Source of the DNA: Marsupella aquatica
Taxonomy: Eukaryota; Plantae; Marchantiophyta
NCBI GenBank assembly: GCA_973895155.1
Contig: OZ316895.1
Span: forward strand, 8,110,184 to 8,174,183
DNA: 64,000 bases
Reading direction: 5' to 3'
This document shows positions 12,039 to 21,555 of this stretch, piece after piece (within the stretch, counting starts at the first letter, position 1; each line of letters begins with the position of its first letter). The notes under the pieces are model-generated. The model saw only the letters and a list, made by a program, of their open reading frames with translations, was not told where the DNA came from and did no database searches. Position numbers and translations under genes: made by a program.

Positions 12039-12146
12039 CTCTAAAAAGAGCATGTAGAGACTGGTTTTGGAGGGGTCTCTAAAAAGAGCATATAGAGGCT
12101 GATTTGGAGGGGTCTCTAAAAAGAGCATATAGAGGCTGATTTGGAA
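12039..12146. repeat. ~37-bp tandem repeat x3
   Basis: ctctaaaaagagcat(g/a)tagag(a/g)ctg.tttgga occurs three times. Confidence 0.9.
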
Positions 12147-12264
12147 GTAGGGCTTCCAACTGGTGGCCCCTACCTCTAAATGAAAGGCACATTTTCACAA
12201 ACCCTGCCTACATGTTTGGTAAAAATGGTAGCCATGAGAGAGATCTTTATCATGATGTCTATTT

Positions 12265-12608
12265 TGTTAGATATTACTCTAGTCTTGTGACTCATGAACT
12301 AACCACAGTTAATTTAACTCGGGTTAGGACTTAGCTAATGTTAGCGGTAGTGCTGGTGTGCATATAGCCAGGGCTGATGCCAGACCCTGGTGGAACTTAG
12401 GCTCATTATTACGGAGCTAGTTGAGAGATAGGAAGAGCTTGTGCTATGGATGCTTGGTATGGCCGATCGGCCTAGAGTGCAGTAAAGCTCTTGTGTGTTC
12501 CCGTGGACGTAGCCTCATGTGGAGTTGAACCACGTATCTCTCTGTGTCGACTATTGTGCGTTGGATGTTTCATGGGCTTGCCGTTACGAATGTCGTCTAT
12601 GCTCAACA
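12265..12608 (+). mobile_element. Solo Copia LTR, 344 bp
   Basis: TGTTAGATATT...GCTCAACA; flanks TATTT/TATTC (4 of 5 match, probable TSD); no PBS or PPT beside it. Confidence 0.95.
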
Positions 12609-14097
12609 TATTCTCCCCTAAGTCAAATATTTCACCACATTGCATAAGATCCTAGATATGCCAGATTTTTTAACCCACTTATGACAACACATCACTTTGG
12701 AGAGGATCAAGGTCAAAGAATTGGGGGGGTGGGGGGGGCGCGATGGAAACCCTTGTGACTGAATTCAATATTAGGGGATTTTTAATTTACAAGCCTCCTA
12801 ATGATGGGCTTCTTTTGGGTTTAGAGGTCATTGACCCCTAAAACTTTCAGGATGCTCTTAGCACCAATCACAGTGAAGTTAGGGGAATGGCTGTGGTTGA
12901 GAATGGAGATAGGGGCAGGTGTAAGGGCACTCTTTCTTATTTTTGGAGACAGGGGTGACATGTTTCCATGGTTCCATACTTCCATCAACACCCCACGACT
13001 AAAGAGGAGGGTGATATTCCATAAACTCCCCATGACTGGTGTGTCATCTATCTATTTACACCTGACGTCTGTTCTCCTCCATCATCTGTTTACAACATCT
13101 ACTTTGGCTGACAGATTTATTGTGTCATTTTGGTGATTGTTGGATCATTGAAAGAGGGGATGGTGCATGCAGGGTGGGCGGGTATTTTATGCTCAGAACC
13201 CTGGCCTGCTCCCCAATGTCCACCCAGCAAGAACTACAATTTTGGTGCCCTAAACCTGATTTATTTTTTGCCTCTCACAGGGCACACCTTGCCCCTCTCC
13301 ACCCGGTTTTCTTTGCCTCACCTTTACATTTTCTGTGCAAACACACCATATTGAACTGGTTAAGTAGTGAAATACAATCACGATTCAATGTATATTAAAA
13401 TTGCAAAACTGAGTGCAATGTTTGAGTAATTACAAAAATACACCTCAATTTGTACAAAGTAGAGTCATTTGTTCGCAGGCAACTATTCAACGTGCACCCT
13501 CATTGAAGCCCTCAATGGGCACCATGGATTGCCCAAGGATCACTCGAGTAATCTTGTACTCTGCAAGAAGACCCGTAACTCCTGGTTTAAGACAATGAGG
13601 CTTTTACAAGAACTCGAAGTCCAGTCTATTTTTCTTACATGTCTGAGATGCAATATAGCCACTGAACAGGCCAAGCTTCACTTCACATGAACTTGGGCAC
13701 ACAATTTGGCAAAACCATTAGCAACACTAATCACCTGCCAGTGGTTTCCTTGTGGGCCCAGCTTTTCTATGAACAACTTACCTTGCCTCCTAAAGCACCA
13801 GTGTCCCAGAAGCAAAACCTGGTGGATACTAGTTACTAAAATAAACCAAAAATGGGCACAAAACAGTAAAAAGTGCTATATTTTGTTCTCCCCTAACCTG
13901 GGGGACAGTGGTGGTTTAAGCTGGTCTAAAGAATGCCCCAAGCTATGGAAGCTTGGTACTAACATCTCTTTTCAGGATCTTCCATTTATTTTCTCCAGAC
14001 CTGATACATTTTGGGCTCAGACATTTCAACGCCAATGTATGTAATGGAGCTCAAGTTTGCACATTTTGCAATGGGTGAACAGTAGCTTGGTTTCTCG

Positions 14098-14174
14098 AGA
14101 TTTTTCTTTTTTGCCACTTTGGCAAGTTTTTCCAGTTTAATTAAACTAGCCAAAGTGGCAAAAAAGGAAAATCT
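14098..14174. repeat. Near-perfect ~32-bp inverted repeat (hairpin)
   Basis: agatttttcttttttgccactttggcaagttt pairs with aaactagccaaagtggcaaaaaaggaaaatct; two mismatches; ~13-nt loop. Confidence 0.85.
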
Positions 14175-14418
14175 TTTTAGTGGAAGAATGGAGACATTTT
14201 GCAATTATCGGTGAACAGCCAAAGAAGATGCTCCCAGTTCAATTTTTTACCTACAGATCTCCCTAGATGGATGACTTAGATTCTGGCTTATGTGTCAGCT
14301 ACAGAAGTTTTTGCCAAAAGTAACCAATATGCTTTAGAGAGGTGAAATCTACTGTAGCTAAGTTTGGCCTCTAAAAGGCTGGTTTACAGTGACTATTTGT
14401 GCCCCTAGTTCTTATTAA

Positions 14419-14740
14419 GGGCCAGGTTCCATGGGCCAGGGGTAGGGAGTACGGTCACTCCCTCTGACATCCCCTAGGGCCCAAATACACTGTATGCCAA
14501 GGTGTATACAGTATTTTAAATGTATGAATTTTGACTCAGGAGCCAATGAGAATGCCCTATACTGTTCTTATACAGGGGCAGGGGGTACCCCTGAATTTTA
14601 AGAGGGAGTGTGAGGGAAAATCATACTCCTTGATACAGTATTTGTACACCCCTCAGTCCCTGGAAAAGCTGCAATCTTATTGGCTTACAAATTCTGACAG
14701 CATCCATACTCCTTACTCCCAGCCCCATGGAACCTAGCCC
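14419..14740. mobile_element. Tourist-like (PIF/Harbinger) MITE, 322 bp
   Basis: TIR GGGC(C/T)AGGTTCCATGGG...GGAGTA(C/T)GG (~36 bp, imperfect); TAA duplication at 14416-14418 and 14741-14743. Confidence 0.9.
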
Positions 14741-14779
14741 TAAGGCCCCCCCCCCCCACTCTTACAAAGCAGTCAGCTG

Positions 14780-15045
14780 CACCAGTTCCTTCCGAGCTTG
14801 GTCCCCACTTCTGCTTGACTCTACTGAAAGCTCTCCGTTTGTCTCCACTGGAAACTCTCAGTTCCTTCTGAGGTTGTTTCCCACTTCTGCTTGTCTCCAC
14901 TGGAAACTCCCCAGCCGATTCAAGAAAAATGTGCAGTAATCACGCGCCGTAATCCAGCTCGGAAACCTTTCTCGCGCCGTCTTCAGGAGTATGCAGACAA
15001 GTCTGATAAATCCGACCCCTTCGCTGGACAGTATAAATTCACATC
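14780..15045 (+). promoter_or_regulatory. sHSP promoter: HSE-like motifs and TATAAAT
   Basis: TTCaaGAA at 14919-14926; duplicated tgtctccactggaaactc; TATAAAT at 15032-15038. Confidence 0.7.
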
Positions 15046-15240
15046 CTCCCTCTCTCAATGGCATTCTAGTTCCACTCGTGAACAATAGTGCTGAGAAGTT
15101 ATCTAGTGCGATTTTGATAGCAGAAGGAGTCCGACGCTGTATTCAACTATTTCCGTCAGATTGTAGTTTCCGAAGGTTTGAGGACACTGACTGCACTCGA
15201 AGATCAAAACTCATACCGGAGACCGATAAGTGCAGAGAAA

Positions 15241-15744
15241 ATGGCGATGTCGTCGTGCCACAGCGGAAGATTTGACAGCCTTTGGAATCCATTGCGGCGA
15301 GAGAGCACATGGGAACCAGTCGAGATAGTGCTCTATTCGCCATCTCGTTCATCGCCGAAGCGGGCAATGCCTGATTCCAAATCGAATGCGTTGGCGAAGC
15401 GACCAAAAACTAATGACCGTGGCAAAGTAGATTGGCTGGAAACAGACGACGCCCATGTCTTCAAAGCCGACCTGCCAGGTTTTAAGAAGGAAGATATCAA
15501 AGTGGAGCTGGACGAAGATCAAGTCCTTCAAATCAGCGGAGAGCGTAGCCAGGAAGAAGGAAAGAAAGGTGGAACATGGCACATTGTAGAACGCTCACAC
15601 GACAAATTCCTTCGGAGGTTTAAGCTGCCGGGTAGTGTCCAAGCAGAGTCCGTAAGCGCTAAGGTGGAGGATGGCGTCCTGACTGTCACTGCTCCAAAAT
15701 CTCAGCCGAAGACGCCTGAGACGAGAAGCATTGAAGTGGCCTGA
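15241..15744 (+). CDS. Small heat shock protein, class-I-like with an extended N-terminal arm, 167 aa
   Basis: First ATG at 15241 aligns with the paralogue starts (the track's TTG start at 15178 is unlikely). VDWLETDDAHVFKADLPG...LQISGER...FLRRFKLP...DGVLTVTAPK...SIEVA. Confidence 0.95.
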   Translation: MAMSSCHSGRFDSLWNPLRRESTWEPVEIVLYSPSRSSPKRAMPDSKSNALAKRPKTNDRGKVDWLETDDAHVFKADLPGFKKEDIKVELDEDQVLQISGERSQEEGKKGGTWHIVERSHDKFLRRFKLPGSVQAESVSAKVEDGVLTVTAPKSQPKTPETRSIEVA

Positions 15745-17069
15745 TTTCATTGCTTTGAATAACTAAGGGAGTTGTTGAAATTTCTTGTAGAGTTCATGCC
15801 AGCGTCCCAGTGCAGGGTTACTAAAGATTCACAGATTGCATAGAACTGGTAAAAATTGAAGGAATAGAGATAGGATGGGAAATAGAGGAAATTTTCAAGT
15901 TGGGACAATGACCGAGCCTCTGTTCGACTTGGCAAAGTGCCCATCAGTCTGGCGCGAAGATGAAGCTTGCACTGAGATCTGGTAAAGAGGTCCTTAGTCT
16001 CTAGCCTCTAGTTCGACTTTGTGAACGTACGTCTGGCAGCCACAATGTTGGCGATTTTTTATCTGTAGACTGAACGATTAGTTCCAAGAAAGGAAATTAA
16101 AAGGTCGTTGACTTCCACAATTTCTGTGACCATGTCGAAAGCTACAACTAGTTTCGACATTCGGTACAACTGTACATGTGATGCCCAAAAAGATGCTCGT
16201 TTGAACATCTGTGAGCAGACACAATGCAAAATCACTTTAACCGCTTGTCGAGTGTACGTAGATAGATTGCTGCAGAAAAATAATTTCATGAGGCAATGAT
16301 CAATTGTAACCTACTCGTTTCATCAATATGTGAAAATGTTGAAAATATTTGAAGCTAATGTTTCTAAAAATCGAATTCCCAGTAGATTATTCACAAGAAA
16401 TCTTGGTAAATCGCACATTCTCCCGCATACGTAGTCGTTCTTGACATCGAAACATTGTCCTACTTAAGTAATTTAACTGGAACATGAAAGTATGAAGCTA
16501 ATTTCGGATCTCTGTGTTTTCTACCGAATGATTACAACATTCTTACACATCTATTTATCGGAAATGTTGCAAACAAACCCACGAAAGATGTCTTAAGCAG
16601 ATTCGTAGAAAACAAATCTAAGCTTTATATCGTTCATTGAAAACTTTCAAATATATGCCAAACTGACTCGCGCCTATGGACGTGCCACTGCGCTTTGAAC
16701 GGACCCTTTACTTCTGATATTATCATGACAAATGTTACTTAACTATGTACTACTCCTATCACTAAATTCAGTTGAGAGTCAAAAGTTATTTCCTGTCCTG
16801 TGGATGAGTTATCCTGACATTGAAAGCTGGAATTGAGAAGCCGGCAAAGTCAATTACATTGTACTACAGCGGAGTCAACAAAATGGGACGTTATCACAAA
16901 TCGTCAACCTCATCACCCCAAAGCTCCAGGCAGAAGATAATGGAGAAACTGGGGACGTGCTTGGATGCATTGGAGAGTGCACTTGACAGTAACCCTGCTG
17001 CTAATATCCAGTATCCTCCTCGAATTGCCTGGCCTATCCCCTCAATTTGATGCAGTTTCTCAACGGTGA

Positions 17070-17387
17070 CTAACTGTAAATAGGTTTCTCTACCGCAGAC
17101 ATAGTCTGAGGTGCCTGTGCTGGTCTATCCCCTCCAGAAATTGCCAATCGTACCGATCGCTTGTAAAGTGTAAACAAGCCAGAAAACAGACTCAAGGCAT
17201 ATTGTGCACTCTTCTCTGTACAAAATTCTGCGAAACCGTACCCTTTGTGCCTATTTGTTTCTTTATCTCGCGGTATATATACCTCTACTAGAGGCCCTGC
17301 CTGCACCATGATCTCGTAGAGTAATTTCTCATCCACTCTCTCATCCAAATTTCCAATGTATAGCGTAGCTTCTGTGTTGCCCGGCAT
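17070..17387 (-). CDS. Single-RRM RNA-binding protein, RBM7-like (SF3B4-related RRM)
   Basis: RNP2 LYIGNL and RNP1 KGYGFAEF. The string IPRDKET...LFSGL.TLY.R....AISG.D resembles plant RBM7 as recalled (not searched). Confidence 0.88.
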   Translation of the reverse strand: MPGNTEATLYIGNLDERVDEKLLYEIMVQAGPLVEVYIPRDKETNRHKGYGFAEFCTEKSAQYALSLFSGLFTLYKRSVRLAISGGDRPAQAPQTMSAVEKPIYS

Positions 17388-18482
17388 ACTCCTGCCTGTT
17401 TGGTTGATACTCCTCAGATTTCAGCCCAACGCAGCTCCGACAAAGCAGATCCTCCACAAATTCCGTTGAAGAACAGTGACCAAATCAGTTGTCCGAAAAC
17501 ATCCTTAGTCCTCACTTTTCTCGTAGTCAGCAGTTAGGGCTGAAAAACTTACCAATTCGCCTTTCACCCTACACGGCGCTGTGCCTCGTCTACCTAACTC
17601 CTAGAACAGACTCATTGCCGGAGATTCAAGTCGCGACTGAAACCCCAGTCGCTGAGAACAGATCCTGCGACTCCTGAAATGATCCTACTGTGGTGATGTG
17701 GGAGGCCCGGAAAGAAATCAAACAACCCTGCTGCTCCGAGCACGTACATCTCAACCTAACCTTCCTTTCTCAGAGCAATCCAGATTGTGATGAACCCCTT
17801 GTCGATCGAACTCTCGTCAAACTCAATCGCCTTGTTCACCCTTCACCACTGCGCTTGTGTCATCTCATCAAGCCCTAAAAGCACGGGTTCCTCTCATGAG
17901 TGCACAGCAAGCCCGGGACGCACACATGGAGAACCAGTGTATGCCTCAAGTATCGAATTTCAGGGAGAGTGTTCACGTTCCTGCAAGCATTACGAAAACA
18001 GCGAGTAAAATTTCCCAGTTTTCTTGGGGGCAGTATACTACAGTACCCGTCCCAGTCACCAATGCATACTTTGGTTAGAGTCCTGGCATTGACTGTGCCT
18101 TTGTGTTATGACACCCTTCACTTTTTGCCCTCTGACTGTGGCTCCAACCATTGTACCACCTGCAATGTGAACTTGTGAAGGGTGAACATTTCAACCATGG
18201 TACCACCTGCAATGTGAATGGTGAACTGAAAGCGCTGTGAATCGTGAACTTACAACACCACTGTCCCCGAAGCAAAACCCATCTTCCTGCCATGCTCTGC
18301 CCCTTTTTGTTATCTTGTACTTTTACTGGCCCCCTCTGTTCTTTTCTGAAGAAAGGAAATGGCACCATGAAATGATTTGACCTACTGTGTGGCGCTTGGC
18401 AGTTGGTAGGAAACTTTCTCATGAATTTTTGTTTTAATTAAAAAACATTAAGCTGGCATCGAAGTTACTCATTACTTGTATG

Positions 18483-18632
18483 GATTTTTAATGGCCACAT
18501 GCTGTCGCATGAATCATTCATAACAAAACTCAATGCCTGCTCATGTACAGAAGTTTGGGTTTTTAATGGCCACTTGCTGTTGCATGAATCCTTCATACAA
18601 AGCTCAATGCCTACTCATGTATAGAAGTTTGG
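18483..18632. repeat. ~75-bp tandem duplication
   Basis: tttttaatggccac.tgctgt.gcatgaatc...caatgcct.ctcatgta.agaagtttggg twice. Confidence 0.85.
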
Positions 18633-20417
18633 GGGAGGGTCCCAAAGGAGTATTACAAAACCCCATAACTTGTGCACAAACTTTTCCATTGTTTCCACTC
18701 CCACTCCTGAAGGCATAAGCAGTTTGGCTCAGTGAATCCTCAGTTGTAGGGTTTTACTAATAATCCCAGTCCTGAACTAATCAGTGGAGATGGTGTTGAT
18801 GGCTTGGGGTAGCGGTATTGGTCTGGGTAAGATTTAAGTGAGGGGATTTTTTGGTTATTGGGTTGGCAACGCTAGTTTGTGGTTGAAGGACTGGGCCGAG
18901 AGGGTGTTAGAAGTTTGGCGTTTAACCAGCCTCAAAACGAGAGATAATCAAGTTTTTAACATTTCCAGATTGAAAGACTGAAGATCCATGGTGATCCCCT
19001 CCTATGTGCATGCACAATACCCCCAACCTCGCCTTAATTCCCCCTCGCCTTCAAGTAGTGATGAATATGCCACAGAGCCAATGGAAGTAATTGAAAAGTA
19101 TATACATGCGGAATGGCACTTCCTAACTTTGTTGAACACAATTCGCTCCAAGTTGCTCCTAAATACGTTCACAAGTGAGAGATAATGAGCAGCTCATGGA
19201 GCCTAGCTCTTTGGACAGGACTTCAAATTCTTAGATCTATTCCCAGCGTCGCGGTACAGAGAATGTGACAACCATGAACTGGCCTTGGCAAAGGGAAAGA
19301 TCGGTTGCGGGGCAGAACATCGAAACCAGGTTGGGAAGAAACGCTATGATGTGAAAAGAAGAGTATTTCTTGACATCTTGTGTCAGGCATTTTGTGAGGC
19401 CGTTGAGAAGAGATAAGCTGGAATAATCATGCGACCCAATCCTTCTTGTTGCGCCTACTCAGTTAAAGCATTGTCCCCATGCATCACCATTATAATGATA
19501 GTGTGGTGGTGAAATCCTGCAACTTTACTTTGATGAGCACTCTCCAAGTCGACCTGGTGATCACAACAGAACTCAACTTGTCAGCAAAGGCACCACAAGC
19601 TAGCCAAATCAATTTGAGGTAGCCAAAATCCAGTGAGACGGCTGAGCAGACAAACTGAATATCCCCTTCAGGCCCGGACAAGTGGTTCAAGGAAGGATGA
19701 CTTCAAGTGATGTATTGCTTTCGCTAGTGACGTCCTCTCCCAAACTGTCATGGACAGCAGTCTTTGTGAAGGTCACTAATTAAAGATTAAAGAAAACAGG
19801 AGGGGCCAAACGAATCAGAACTGATGGAGTGTAGGAATCATGTTGATAGCAATAGAGAGGAGACCGATTGACACCGGGCTTGAATCTCTTCCTTCGTACT
19901 GCTTATCTTCCTGATTGAGCTCATTTAGTAACTGCACAGCGGTAAAATCTCTTTCAGGTTCCTGTGGAATTGTTGTGGAAGGATCCTGATGTAGTTAACA
20001 TCGAGAGAATATGAGATAGAGACCAACACACCTCGCTGTTAGGTGTTCCATTCTTCCCATAGGCACACCATGCCGTGTGAAGATTTCTTCCAAACCCTGT
20101 CGTCAACTAATCTTACAGATTTTGTAGATGTCATCATATCTAAAAGTCAAGACGAATCAAGGTCTCTGTGTACCAGGAACCTGTAACAGCAGAAGAAGTA
20201 CCTTCTGTTTGTCTGACTCCAACAACTGCTTGAGCTGCCTCCAGATCTGTTGAAAGTGAGTTTTGAGGAAAACCATTTGTGCATTTCAGGGAAGGAAACA
20301 GCCTTTCTGAACCAAGAGAGACAACTTCCCATTAGCAGGTTATTTTAGTACCTAGATCACCGGTACAATCATCTTCGTGAGAGGTGGAAGACCCAACAGA
20401 CCTCATGAGCTGAGGGA

Positions 20418-21555
20418 CTAGTATCCCATGCGACTACTTTGCATCATTCGTTCGTGAACACATATTCCTTCTTGGAGTGCTGCATCATCAGCACGTACAT
20501 TGAGCATTCCCACAAAGTTTCCAGGGTTTCCTTCACGTTGCATTTGTTCAGACAAGGCCAAAGCAGTCTTCTCTTGCCCAGATCTTGAATATTCCAAAAT
20601 CATTGTATTCCAAGAGTAAATATTGCGACTGGGCATGTTGTCAAACATTTTTCGTGCCTCCTCTATGCTGCCACATCTCGCATACATATCAATGAGACTA
20701 TTGCTCACAAAGATGTCAGATTCAAAGCCGTTTTGAACCGTTTTTTTATGAAAATCCCTGCCTTCTTCGATCACCCTCAAACGACCGCATGCTTTGAGCA
20801 CTCCCACAAAGGTGACGCGATCTGGCTTCACACCGTCCTTCTCCATTTGTTGAAATAAGTCCAATGCCTTGCGCTCTTCACCACCGTCTGTAAATGCCAT
20901 GATCATGGCATTCCAAGTGGCCACCGATCGCACTTGTATCTTGTTGAACACACTCCAAGCATCCTCTATGCTCCCGCACTTGTTATACATGTTAACCAGG
21001 CTACTTCCAATAAACACTTCAGATTCACAACCAGCTTGAATCATCTGCTGATGAACATGTTTACCTTTCTCTAGTGCCTTCGTACAGGCACAAGCATTGA
21101 GCATTGCCACAAATGTGACAGGGTCTGGAGTCATCCCTTCCAGTTGCAACCGTTCAGATAATTCTAACGCCTTCTTCCCCATCCCAATTGTTGAATATCC
21201 CAGCATCATGGAATTCCAAGTGACCATAATACGAGAGGGCATCCTGTCAAATACTTTCCGTGCATCCAGCGTGCTCCCACATTTGCAATACATGTCAATG
21301 AGACTATTACCTACAATAATGTCGGACTCATAACCATTTTCACTAATCTGTTTGTGAATCTGCTTCCCTTCTATCAGTGTCCCCACACAAGCGCATGCAT
21401 TGAGCACACCCACGAAGCTGTTGAGATCCGACTTCACTTCTCGTTGCATCCGCTGAAATAGTTCCTTTGCCTTCTTTCCTTGCCCCAGTTTAACACAGCC
21501 CCGGATCATGGCGTTCCAAGTAACCACTGACCGTATGGGCATCTTGTCGAATACC
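20418..21555 (-). CDS. PLS-class pentatricopeptide repeat protein exon; no E/DYW domain seen; 5' end uncertain
   Basis: About 3.5 units of ~101 aa (TWNAMI...TFVGVLKAC...VSNSLIDMYARCGSIEEARKMFDNMP). PPR similarity begins right after a pyrimidine-rich tttcccag acceptor ending at 21556. Confidence 0.9.

Noticed and set aside
12039-12146. 37-bp repeats of CRISPR-like size
   Set aside because: Head-to-tail with no unique spacers, no cas genes, eukaryotic context.
8194-15582. Mutually similar ORFs antisense to the three sHSPs
   Set aside because: Their similarity is explained by the conserved sHSP coding strand.
9250-19300. Shared caaccatgaactg ('NHEL') at ~9261 and ~19269 suggesting FAR1/MULE remnants
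   Set aside because: Match is ~13 bp, lacks the first His of HNH and has no flanking similarity; probably chance.
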